From NCBI GenBank assembly GCA_963666835.2, contig CAXXGO010000006.1:2016001-2080000 (forward strand): a stretch of DNA of 64,000 bases. Reading direction: 5' to 3'. The stretch is from Phycisphaerae bacterium. Its GTDB lineage: Bacteria; Planctomycetota; Phycisphaerae; UBA1845. The translations under genes and the position numbers were made by a program. Positions within the stretch are counted from its first letter, which is position 1. Every line of letters starts with the position of its first letter. The notes beneath the pieces were generated by a model. That model ran no database searches, was not told the DNA's origin, and was given only the letters and a program-made list of their open reading frames with translations. Below are positions 18,792 through 28,154 of the stretch, in pieces.

Positions 18792-21700
18792 GTGTCTCTG
18801 TCCCGCGGATTGATAGCGGCTTGTGCTAAGAACCCCGTGTTCGCCAATATGGCGGCGTTCGGGATTCTCGTGTGCGGTGCGATGGCCACGATCAACCTTT
18901 CCCGGGAGACGTTCCCGGAGACCTCCGTCGATTACGTGCTGGTGACGGTTGCGTATCCGGGGGCGAACCCGGAGGACGTCGAAGAGGCTGCCCTGGTCAA
19001 GATTGAGCAAGTCGTCGAGGGGATCCCCGGGCTCAAAGAGATCGTATCGTTCTCCAAGCAGGACAGCGGGCAGGTGTTCATTGCGTTCGACCCGTCGGTC
19101 ACGCCAACCATGGAGGTGCTGCGGCAAGTCCAGGACCGGGTGAACTCCATCACGACCTTCCCTGACGACATGGAAAGGCCGATTGTCACCGAGCAACTGG
19201 TTCGCAATTCGGTCATCAATCTCGGAGTCCACGGTCAGGTGCCGGAGCGAATCATCAAACAAGTGGTGGAGGACTTCCGCAGGCAGCTTCTTGCGACTCC
19301 CGGCATCTCCCAGGTCAGCCTCTCCGGGGTCCGCGACTTCGAAATATCCGTTCAGCTCTCCGAGGTAACGCTTGAACGCTACGGAATCACTTTGCAGCAG
19401 GTCATCGACGCGATCAGGCAGAGCAGTCTGGACGTCCCGGCCGGGGTCGTGCGGACCAGGAGCGAGGAAATCAGCGTTCGGACTATCGGGCAGCGGTACA
19501 CGGCGCGGGACTTCGAGGATCTCGTCGTCATTGCCCGGCCTGACGGTACCCTGATCTGTCTGGGGCAGATTGCCAAAGTCCGCGACTCGTTCGACGAGAC
19601 TCCGATCTTCGGCCGGATCAACGGTGAGGCCGGAGCGATGATCTCGGTCTTCAAGACCGGTCGCGAGGACATCAGCACGATCGCAAGAACCGTCCGTGGT
19701 TTTGCGGCGAAGGCGGCGGCGCAGCTTCCTGCGGGAATCAAGCTGTCCACCTGGGGCGACGCGTCGCGTGATGTGGATTCTCGCCTGGAGATGCTGGTCA
19801 AGAACGCCCTGATGGGCATGGGCTTGGTAGTGGTATGCCTGCTCATGTTCATGGATCTGCCGTCGGTGATCGCGGTGGCAGTGGGTATTCCCGTGGCGTT
19901 TGCCGGGGCTTTCGCGGTCATCGGTTTCACCGGGCAGAGCCTTAACATGATTAGCCTGCTCGCGTTGCTGATGGCGGTGGGAATCATCGTCGACGACGCA
20001 ATCGTCATTGCCGAGAGTGTGCGGTCCCAGGTGCGGGCGGGGTGTACGCCGACCGTCGCGGCCGTGGAGGGGACCGGCGTTGTTGCCCTTCCGGTGCTGG
20101 CGTCGTCTGCTACTACGATTGTGGCCTTTGTCCCCTTAATGTGCGTCGAGGGGATAATGGGCAAACTGATCTACGATCTGCCGGTCGTGGTGATCGCCGC
20201 GGTGGTAGCGTCGGCGGTAGAGGCGTTTGTGATTCTGCCGGCCCATTTGCGGGAGTGGGGTTCTGCCGTGGGGGGGCAACGCTCGAACACTTGGCGGACG
20301 CGGGCGCGCCTGGCGATGGATGAGTGGATCGACCGAGCTATCGAGCGCGTCTATCGGCCTTGTCTTCGCTGGTCACTTAACGGCAGGGTTATCGTACTGG
20401 GAGTAGCGGTGGCGATGGTTCTGGTCAGTGTCGGATTAGTGTTCGGGGGGCGTGCTCCGTTTGTGCTGTTCCCCAAGATCGACGCGAACCGACTTCGCGT
20501 GCGAGTGCAGTTTCCGCACGGGACCCCGACCGACGTAAGTGCCGCCGCGGTGGCTCGAATCGAACGGGCGATTCTGGCGCTCAACGACGAGCCGGCTTTG
20601 AAACCGGCTGCCGAGGGCGATCTGGTGGAGAACGTCTATGCGGTTGTCGGGGAGTGGTCTCAATTCGTTCCGAAACGGGGCAGCGCTTTGTGTGAGGTGT
20701 TCGTCGAGTTAATGCCGGCGGAGAAGCGCAAAGTGGATGTTGCGCAGGTGATTGAACACTGGCGTCGCCGGATTGGCGAGATCCCGGATGCGATTGCGGT
20801 GACAATTACGAGGCAGCAACTCGGGCCGACGGATAAGCCGCTGGAGATTCGCCTTCTCGGCGAGGATCTCGACGAATTGACGGAAGCAGCGGCTGAGGTG
20901 AAGGACGTCCTCTCGTCGTATGCCGGGGTCTTCAATATCACGGAAGAGCCGACGGCCGGAAAGCGCGAGCTGCGGGTGTCGCTCAAGCCGGCCGCGGCCA
21001 ACCTGGGGCTTTCGGTTGCGGATCTGGCTTCGCAGCTTCGGCAGGGGCTCTATGGCGGGGAGGCTGTCCGTCTGCAGCGGGGCCCCGATGAAGTCAAAGT
21101 CGTGGTGAGCTACGAAGAGCAGGATCGTCGGAGTCTCAGTGCTATCGAAGATTTGCGTATCAGGACGAGCGGGGGGACTTCGATCCCGTTTAACGAAGTG
21201 GCCGAGACGCGGATGGTACGGGGTTATTCGATGATCCCGAGAATGGACGGTCTGCGACGGGCACGGGTGCAGGCGGATGTCGATGAGCGCTACGCCAACG
21301 CCGAGCGAATCATCCAGGAATTGGCCGTTTCGTTCCTGCCGGATCTGGAGAAGAAGCACGCAGGAGTCAGGGTTGTCATTGATGGGCAGCGCAAACGTAT
21401 CGATGAATCGCTTGGGAGTCTGGTACGAGCTTCGGCGGTTGCCGGGGTGGTGATGTTGGGCCTTCTGGCCACGGTCCTGCGTTCGTATGCCCAGCCGCTT
21501 ATCATTATGTCGGCGATCCCGCTGGGCATGGTGGGCGCCGTTTTGGGGCATGCAGTTATGGGGTATTCGCTTACGCTTATGAGCGTCTTCGGCATGGTGG
21601 CGCTGGCCGGGATCGTGGTGAATGACTCGCTCGTGTTGGTCGACCGCATTAACCGCAACGTGGCGCTGGGGCAGGGTGTGATGGAAGCAGTGGCCGCGGC

Positions 21701-22028
21701 CGGGGAGATGCGGTTTCGCGCCGTTGTGCTGACGTCGGTAACGACTGTCGCCGGTCTGCTACCGCTCCTTGCCGAGCGCAGTTCGCAGGCGCAGTCGCTG
21801 ATTCCCATGGCGATATCCATCGCCTTTGGCCTGATGCTGGCAACCGTGTTGACCCTGGTCGTTGTTCCGGCTCTGTACCTGGCGGTCAACGACGGCAAGC
21901 GTTTCGTGCGCTGGTTCCGGCGGGGTGGACCATATCCCACGCCGGAGTCAGTTGAAGCCGTCGAAGATGACGAGGCCTTGGCCGTTGCCTCTTCGCAGGG
22001 AAGTCTGAAAGGTAATCAGGATGACTAA
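18792..22028 (+). CDS. RND efflux transporter permease (AcrB/AcrD/AcrF family)
   Basis: 1078 aa; NPVFAN, YPGANPEDVE, GIIVDDAIVIAE, GIVVNDSLVLVD, RFRAVVLTSVTT. Confidence 0.95.
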   Translation: MSLSRGLIAACAKNPVFANMAAFGILVCGAMATINLSRETFPETSVDYVLVTVAYPGANPEDVEEAALVKIEQVVEGIPGLKEIVSFSKQDSGQVFIAFDPSVTPTMEVLRQVQDRVNSITTFPDDMERPIVTEQLVRNSVINLGVHGQVPERIIKQVVEDFRRQLLATPGISQVSLSGVRDFEISVQLSEVTLERYGITLQQVIDAIRQSSLDVPAGVVRTRSEEISVRTIGQRYTARDFEDLVVIARPDGTLICLGQIAKVRDSFDETPIFGRINGEAGAMISVFKTGREDISTIARTVRGFAAKAAAQLPAGIKLSTWGDASRDVDSRLEMLVKNALMGMGLVVVCLLMFMDLPSVIAVAVGIPVAFAGAFAVIGFTGQSLNMISLLALLMAVGIIVDDAIVIAESVRSQVRAGCTPTVAAVEGTGVVALPVLASSATTIVAFVPLMCVEGIMGKLIYDLPVVVIAAVVASAVEAFVILPAHLREWGSAVGGQRSNTWRTRARLAMDEWIDRAIERVYRPCLRWSLNGRVIVLGVAVAMVLVSVGLVFGGRAPFVLFPKIDANRLRVRVQFPHGTPTDVSAAAVARIERAILALNDEPALKPAAEGDLVENVYAVVGEWSQFVPKRGSALCEVFVELMPAEKRKVDVAQVIEHWRRRIGEIPDAIAVTITRQQLGPTDKPLEIRLLGEDLDELTEAAAEVKDVLSSYAGVFNITEEPTAGKRELRVSLKPAAANLGLSVADLASQLRQGLYGGEAVRLQRGPDEVKVVVSYEEQDRRSLSAIEDLRIRTSGGTSIPFNEVAETRMVRGYSMIPRMDGLRRARVQADVDERYANAERIIQELAVSFLPDLEKKHAGVRVVIDGQRKRIDESLGSLVRASAVAGVVMLGLLATVLRSYAQPLIIMSAIPLGMVGAVLGHAVMGYSLTLMSVFGMVALAGIVVNDSLVLVDRINRNVALGQGVMEAVAAAGEMRFRAVVLTSVTTVAGLLPLLAERSSQAQSLIPMAISIAFGLMLATVLTLVVVPALYLAVNDGKRFVRWFRRGGPYPTPESVEAVEDDEALAVASSQGSLKGNQDD

Positions 22029-23634
22029 GCGGCACGCCGACCCGGGTCGCGTTGGGCATGAGCTTTGCATCGGGCTTGTCGGGGTGGTTGCGCTATCGGG
22101 TGTGATGGGAGGGTGCCGCGGTTCGCTTGACGGAATGGCCGTAATGCTCGAACGGCACCGGCGCGCCGTGGCGGAGCTTCCGGAGGAGGAACGCGAGAAC
22201 CTCATGCCGTATGGGGCGCCGGTGGTGATGGAGGAGGCCGAGGCCCTTCTTCCCGCTGCGGTCCTGGATATGGAGAAAGCCCGAGCGATTGCCATTCGGG
22301 CGAATCCCGACATCCATGCCGCCCAGGCGAGGCTGGAAAGTGCCCGGGCGCGGATTGCAGAAATCGCTGCCCGGTACTACCCGACGGTGATGTTCACTCA
22401 CACCTCGACGCGGACTTTTCATACGCCGGCGAGCCGGAATCGGCTGAACACGCTGCTGCAACCGCAAGCCTCGGTTCCCACGGATACCACTGATACGGAG
22501 GGGCAGTCGTTTGCGGTTACGACTCTGTTGGACGCGATCAGCCGCCCGTTCCTGGAGTACCGCGAGCTGACCGGCGACACCAATCCGTTCAGTGAACACT
22601 CGACGTCGTTAACGGCATCGTGGACGGTTTTTGATGGGTTCGTTCGAGAAGCACAATTGCTGGCGAGCAAGCATGTGAACAGAGCGTCCTGGGCCGCGCT
22701 CCGGGATGCCGAGCGATTGATCCTCCAGGCGGTGGACCGCGCCTACTATCAGGTGCAACTTGCTCAGGAGCAGATTCGCATTGCCGAGGCTGATGTAGCT
22801 TTCTCGAAAGAGCAGCTCGAAGAGACGGAGAAGTTACGGGCAGCGGGGCGGAAGACCGCGGCGGATGTCGCCAACTTCCGAGTGCGGATGCTGGCCGCAC
22901 AAACCAATGTTACTTCCGCGATCGGGGCTCGGGATACCGGACGTGTGGTTCTTGGGGAGCTGATGGGGCTACCGGACGCCGTACTCCCGCCGGACCTGGA
23001 GTTGGTTCCTCTGACGGACGAGACGGAGGAGGAGATGCGTTTGCCTGATCCCGATGACTGGGTCCGCCGGGCATTAGCCAGCCGTCCGGACCTTCTCCAA
23101 CAGGAGCATCTGCTCGGCGATAAGGACGAACAGGTCCGGGCGGTTCAAGGGCTCTTTCTGCCGACGGTGGCGATAAGCGGTTCCTGGGGCTTCGATCATA
23201 CGGGTAATCTTCGCTATGCCCCCGACGACCAGTCGTCAGCGGCGGTGCTCGAGTTCCGATGGGAGTTGTTCACCGGGGGCTCGCGGCGGGCCAAGCTGCG
23301 ACAGGCTCAGAGCGCCAGAGCGGAGGCGATGGCGAACCTGAACCATCGCCGACTTGCCGTACAAGCGGATGTTCGCCAAGCCATCATAGACCTCAAAAAC
23401 GCTCAGGAGCAGATTCGTTTGCAGCGCGAGAACGTCGTTACCGCTCAAGAGAGTCGACGAGTCGTTCAAGCGGGCTACGTCGCCGGCAAGGAGACTTTGA
23501 ACCGCCTCAACGAGACCCAACGCGACTATACCGCGGCCGAAGTGGACTTGGTCCGTGCCCGGATCCAGCTCCGAAGAGCCTGGAGCGATCTGAACGCGGC
23601 CGCCGGAACTTATCACGCGGATGCCGGCGGGTAG
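22021..23634 (+). CDS. TolC family outer membrane efflux protein (lipoprotein)
   Basis: VMGGC lipobox-like motif, ANPDIHAAQARL, WTVFDGF, RPDL, WELFTGG. Overlaps the RND stop. Confidence 0.9.
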   Translation: MTKRHADPGRVGHELCIGLVGVVALSGVMGGCRGSLDGMAVMLERHRRAVAELPEEERENLMPYGAPVVMEEAEALLPAAVLDMEKARAIAIRANPDIHAAQARLESARARIAEIAARYYPTVMFTHTSTRTFHTPASRNRLNTLLQPQASVPTDTTDTEGQSFAVTTLLDAISRPFLEYRELTGDTNPFSEHSTSLTASWTVFDGFVREAQLLASKHVNRASWAALRDAERLILQAVDRAYYQVQLAQEQIRIAEADVAFSKEQLEETEKLRAAGRKTAADVANFRVRMLAAQTNVTSAIGARDTGRVVLGELMGLPDAVLPPDLELVPLTDETEEEMRLPDPDDWVRRALASRPDLLQQEHLLGDKDEQVRAVQGLFLPTVAISGSWGFDHTGNLRYAPDDQSSAAVLEFRWELFTGGSRRAKLRQAQSARAEAMANLNHRRLAVQADVRQAIIDLKNAQEQIRLQRENVVTAQESRRVVQAGYVAGKETLNRLNETQRDYTAAEVDLVRARIQLRRAWSDLNAAAGTYHADAGG

Positions 23635-23730
23635 CGCAGGCTTCAAGCTTGCTGTGCCGTGGCCGGATCATTCATCCAAGCGAAGCATAGCCCGCAAACC
23701 AATGTAGCACGAGGGCTTGTCCCTGGCGTG
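23631..23730. repeat. GTAG-type REP-like palindromes
   Basis: GTAGCGCAGGCTTCAAGCTTGC at 23631-23652 and GTAGCACGAGGGCTTGTCCCTGGCGTG at 23704-23730. Confidence 0.5.
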
Positions 23731-23817
23731 GAAGCGTGCTGTGTTACTGTGGCGTCACCTACAACACGCTACTACAGTGAGTTACGCGCATTGTGCGAAC
23801 GCCATGAGTGGTCCGGG

Positions 23818-24315
23818 CTAGGCATCGCGATCGGGTGACCCCAGCAGGTCGGCGACAAGCTCGACGGCTTCTTGGGGATTACCGGCCACGAAGAGGCGGC
23901 CCTCGTCTCTGAATCGCTCGAACGGCGTGACCTCGCGTCCGAGGAGGATGACCGGTTTGCCGTTCTTAAGAGCCAGCGTGATTTCCGAAAGTGTGCCGAG
24001 CGAGCCTGGGCAAGCGATGACCACATCGCTGGAGAGTACGTTGAATAAGTTCCGGCCGTCGCCCGCGCCCGTGACGATCGCGTAATCGAGATCCGGTGAG
24101 GCCTGGTGGGTGTCCCGGTCCGGAAGGATGCCAATCACCGTTCCGCCGTGTTCCTTCGCACCTCGCGCGGACGCCGCCATTACTCCGTTGTTACGCCCGC
24201 CGTTGAGCAGGACCCAACCCCGCTGGGCGATCAGGCCGCCGAGCCGGCGCGCCATTTCGGATTCCGCAACCGTTACCTGGGCTCCGCCCATAACTCCGAC
24301 GATGATCCTCCGCAT
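23818..24315 (-). CDS. LOG family protein (TIGR00725-type)
   Basis: VGVMGG, LLNGGRNNGVM, IGILP, GRNLFNVLSSD, PGSLGTLSEI; GGAGGA RBS. Confidence 0.9.
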   Translation of the reverse strand: MRRIIVGVMGGAQVTVAESEMARRLGGLIAQRGWVLLNGGRNNGVMAASARGAKEHGGTVIGILPDRDTHQASPDLDYAIVTGAGDGRNLFNVLSSDVVIACPGSLGTLSEITLALKNGKPVILLGREVTPFERFRDEGRLFVAGNPQEAVELVADLLGSPDRDA

Positions 24316-24372
24316 GAGTTCCTCCTCCGCGGTCTCTTACACCTCCAAGACCGGCCTGCAAACGCGACGTGC

Positions 24373-24625
24373 TCCAAGACGGCGTATCGAACGGTGGCCG
24401 GACTGCGGATGGTTCAAAGAAGGGTATGCTCTTCAACTGGTACGAACAAGCCGACAGAGCGATAATGACGCCGTGGTAGAAGAGGCGATTGCCGTAGGTT
24501 AATGGCCTTACTGTTAAATGGCGGGTTCAATCGTGCCACTTCTGCTTGGCGTTATTCTGGGTCCGATGGGTTCGACAGTGCTCGCAGAGTGGCGGCACTG
24601 GACCGTCCGCATGTGCCCTCTTGGA
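24373..24625 (+). ncRNA. Candidate ~250-nt rod-shaped structured RNA (6S-like or novel)
   Basis: Nested helices 24373-86/24612-25, 24404-16/24599-611, 24427-32/24586-91, 24443-47/24570-74, 24464-72/24548-56, 24475-82/24539-46 and 24486-91/24528-33. Non-canonical pairs are mostly G-U on the + strand. Confidence 0.55.
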
Positions 24626-24849
24626 CTAAGGTAGTAGTAACCCGCTTGTTCCGGCGCCTTAGCGGGTCAAGCCGACGTTCGGCTAGGTTGATTAGGAACT
24701 GCCGATCTCAGGTCTTGCGAAGCGCCAGAGGTGATATTCCGCTTGAGATTGGAAGGGCTGACCGCAGAGTGCTTCATTGGATACAAAGACGGCTCTCCTC
24801 GGTCTGGTTGTGGGTTTCGGGGGGGTAGGCCGAATTCGGGAGGTCAGCG

Positions 24850-25464
24850 GTGGGAACTGCTGAGTCGGACAACTTGCAGGATCTGGTCGCGCGAGCCCAG
24901 GATCGCGACGAGGCAGCCCTCACGGCCTTGCTGGACACGTACTCGGAGCGTCTGCTGGAGTCGGTTCGGAGCGAGTTGGGAGATCGGGTTCGGCAACGGT
25001 TGGAATCGCAGGACGTGATGCAGCAGGTTTACCTGGATGCCCTCACCAGTATTGACCGCTTCGTCGATCGCGGGAGTGACAGCTTTTTTCACTGGCTCCG
25101 GCGCATCGCCGTAAACCGTATCTGTGACGTCGATCGCAAGTCCTTCAGGACCGCCAAGCGAGGAAAGGAGGTGCGCGTGTCCGATATCGGACATGAGGCG
25201 TCGATCGTTCGTTTGTTGGACGATCTGGCCGGATCAGCGACCAGCCCGAGCATGGTTGTCGACCGCTCCGACCACATTCGCATGCTCCAATACGCTCTCG
25301 ATCAATTGAGCGAGGACCATCGCGAGGTGATTCGCCTGCGTTACATGAACCAGTTGAATGTGTCCGAGACTGCCGCGAAGATGGACCGGTCGGAACGCGC
25401 GGTACGCAGCCTGTGCGTGCGCGCCTTGATCCATCTGCGGGAGCTGCTGGTTGATGTCATCTGA
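24850..25464 (+). CDS. ECF sigma-70 factor (kinase-associated planctomycete type)
   Basis: GTG after GGAGG; LESQDVMQQ, FFHWLRRIAVN, LSEDHREVIRLRY, AVRSLCVRAL. Confidence 0.9.
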   Translation: MGTAESDNLQDLVARAQDRDEAALTALLDTYSERLLESVRSELGDRVRQRLESQDVMQQVYLDALTSIDRFVDRGSDSFFHWLRRIAVNRICDVDRKSFRTAKRGKEVRVSDIGHEASIVRLLDDLAGSATSPSMVVDRSDHIRMLQYALDQLSEDHREVIRLRYMNQLNVSETAAKMDRSERAVRSLCVRALIHLRELLVDVI

Positions 25465-28093
25465 GCGCGGAGGTCGAGGGGACGTTGATGGCGATAGGGA
25501 TCGGCAAGCCCGGAAGCCGGCGACTTCCCTCGAGGAGATTCTCGACGAGTATCTCGAGGAACTGGCCGCGGGGCGGAGCCCGGACCAGCAGGCCTATATG
25601 GACGCCCATCCGGAGTTGGCCGACGCTCTGAAGGGCGTGTTCAAGACTCTGGATTTCGTCGAATCCACCAGCAAGTCTCTTAACGCTTCGAAGCTCCAGT
25701 GCGGTCAGCGGCTCGGCGACTACCGGATCATCCGCGAAGTTGCCCGGGGCGGTATGGGGGTAGTATACGAGGCGACGCAGACGTCGTTGAGCCGGCGCGT
25801 GGCGCTCAAAGTGCTTCCGCCCGGAGCGCTGCTGTCGGAATCGGCGGCGGAGCGCTTCGCCCGAGAGGCCGCCACCGCCGGGCGGCTCCACCACAGCAAC
25901 ATCGTGCCGGTGTACGGTGTCGGGGAGACGGACGGCATTCACTTCTATGCCATGCAGTTCATCGAGGGACGTTCTCTGTCGGAACATCTCAAGGCGATTC
26001 GGCGGGCGGGAACCGTTCCCGGTCGGGACTACTTTCGGCGCGTGGCCCGCTGGGGACGTCAGGCGGCGGAGGCGTTGGCGTACGCGCATGGCGAGGGGAC
26101 GATCCACCGGGATATTAAGCCGTCGAACCTGCTGCTCGACGCTCGGGACAATATCTGGCTGACCGATTTCGGTCTCGCCCGGGTTGATGCCTTAACTTCG
26201 ATTACGGTGACCGGGGATGTGGTGGGTACGGCCCGGTATATGTCGCCGGAACAGGCTCGGGGAGGACGTGCCCGTCTTGATGAGCGCACGGACATCTACT
26301 CGTTGGGGGCGACCCTCTACGAACTGCTCTGCCTGACCCCCGCTTTTGAGGGAGAGTCTCGCGAGGCGGTGCTCAACAGGATTGCCTTTGCGGATCCGAA
26401 ACGGCTGCGTCAGATTGATGCCAACATCCCTCGCGACTTGGAGACCATAGTAGCCAAGTGCATGGAGAATGAGCCCCAGCGACGTTACCCAAGCGCTGCG
26501 GATGTGGCCGAGGATTGCCGGCGATATCTAAGCAACGAGCCGATCCGAGCTCGACGTACTCCCGTTGCGGCGCGGGTCGTGCGCTCGATCAAGCGGCATC
26601 CGGTGCGCAGCGCGGGAGTATTCGCGCTGGTCATCCTGGCGGCGAGCACCGTGCTGTTGATGGCGAATTCGCGGCGGTTGGAGGGAGAGCGTTATCTCAA
26701 CCAGGCGTTCACGGCGGTGTTGTTTGACCGGGACTTCGGGCAAGCGGCGCACCTGCTTGACCAGGCGGAGTCGGTCGGGCACAGCTCGGTCGAGCTGGAC
26801 CTGTACCGGGGGTTGATTCCGTTGTTCGACAATCAGCCCCGGCGAGCTTTGCCGCATCTGGAGCGGGCTTTGCGAGTCGACCCTGATGCGGTGGAGGTCC
26901 GGCTGGCTTTGGCGCTGATGCACAACGCCACCGGTGATTTTTTCGACGGCGAGCGAGTGCTGAATTCCGTGCCCGAGTCTGAAACCACCACGGCGCTGGC
27001 GTGGCTATTGCGCGGACTTGCGCAGAGCAAGACGGATCGCAGTGCCGCAATCGCGGCATACGATCAGGCGATTGCCCTGCATCCGGACTTCACGCCGGCA
27101 ATAAGCGCCCGGGCGGAGTATCGGGGGACTCGGTTGCTGACCGAGGGCCGTCGCGAAGAACTGGAGCCGATGTTGAACGACTTCGACGCCCTCGTGGTAT
27201 TCCGCCCGCATTCGGCGGCATCTTACGTGGCCCGGGCGGGCGGCTGGTTATCCGCTGCCGCCTATGCCGCAACGCAGCCCGGCATGGCGGCAGAGCCCGA
27301 ACGCTGGCTGGCCAATTGCCGGGCGGATCTGGTGGATGCGTTGGCGTTGCGCGAGGAGGACGATTCACTCCCTCTGGTTCGACAAGGGGTCTTCCGGCGT
27401 TATCTGCGGGATTACTCCGGTGCGGCCGAGTCGTTTGCGGAGGCGATTAGGGTAGACCGCGCCGCCGGACGCGAACCCCATCCCTATCGAATTCACGAGC
27501 GAGGTGTTGCCCTGTACGCCCTCGGGGAGTTGGACGCAGCGCTGAACGAGGTGGTCCCGGCCCACGATGCGGCGCCGGACTATTGCCCCCTGGCCTTGCT
27601 CCGGGCCGCACTACTGGCGGAGACGGGGCGAATTGAAGAAGCCCGGGCGATAGGAACGGATAGCCTTAGAAGACAGCGGGCCAATGCCAACGGCTTGTTC
27701 ATGTCGGCGGTAGTGATGGAGTTACTCGGGGCTCAAAGCGCCGCAATGACGGCTCTCGAACAGTCTGCGGTTTCCGAACTCGCGGGAGAGAGTGCCGGCG
27801 TCGCAGGGCAGTCATCCGCCCGGCAGGCATACGCGTTTCTTACGGGCGGAATGGACGGGTCCGAACTGCTGGCGTTAGCCCGGGACGATCCGGGACGCCG
27901 TTGCGAATTCGCTTTTCTGATAGCCCTGCGCCGATTCGGCGAGACAGAGCGCGCCGCGGGGGCGCAAGCCTTGAGGACGTGCCTGGATACCGGCGTGTAC
28001 ATCTTCAGCGAGTATCGCATGGCTCAGGCTCTGTTGGAACGGGTGGAGCAGGACCAGCGGTGGCCCCGGTGGGTTCGTAGTTCCTCGCAGTGA
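25454..28093 (+). CDS. Membrane Ser/Thr protein kinase with C-terminal TPR domain
   Basis: ARGGMGVVY, VALK, HRDIKPSN, DFGLA, YMSPEQ; TM segment (GVFALVILAASTVLL); TPR-like repeats. Overlaps the ECF stop. Confidence 0.92.
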   Translation: MSSERGGRGDVDGDRDRQARKPATSLEEILDEYLEELAAGRSPDQQAYMDAHPELADALKGVFKTLDFVESTSKSLNASKLQCGQRLGDYRIIREVARGGMGVVYEATQTSLSRRVALKVLPPGALLSESAAERFAREAATAGRLHHSNIVPVYGVGETDGIHFYAMQFIEGRSLSEHLKAIRRAGTVPGRDYFRRVARWGRQAAEALAYAHGEGTIHRDIKPSNLLLDARDNIWLTDFGLARVDALTSITVTGDVVGTARYMSPEQARGGRARLDERTDIYSLGATLYELLCLTPAFEGESREAVLNRIAFADPKRLRQIDANIPRDLETIVAKCMENEPQRRYPSAADVAEDCRRYLSNEPIRARRTPVAARVVRSIKRHPVRSAGVFALVILAASTVLLMANSRRLEGERYLNQAFTAVLFDRDFGQAAHLLDQAESVGHSSVELDLYRGLIPLFDNQPRRALPHLERALRVDPDAVEVRLALALMHNATGDFFDGERVLNSVPESETTTALAWLLRGLAQSKTDRSAAIAAYDQAIALHPDFTPAISARAEYRGTRLLTEGRREELEPMLNDFDALVVFRPHSAASYVARAGGWLSAAAYAATQPGMAAEPERWLANCRADLVDALALREEDDSLPLVRQGVFRRYLRDYSGAAESFAEAIRVDRAAGREPHPYRIHERGVALYALGELDAALNEVVPAHDAAPDYCPLALLRAALLAETGRIEEARAIGTDSLRRQRANANGLFMSAVVMELLGAQSAAMTALEQSAVSELAGESAGVAGQSSARQAYAFLTGGMDGSELLALARDDPGRRCEFAFLIALRRFGETERAAGAQALRTCLDTGVYIFSEYRMAQALLERVEQDQRWPRWVRSSSQ

Positions 28094-28154
28094 CGAATAG
28101 ATGGCAGTTGCTGTAAGGGCGTACATTGCCGCTTCCCGGTCAGGAGGCGCTTTT

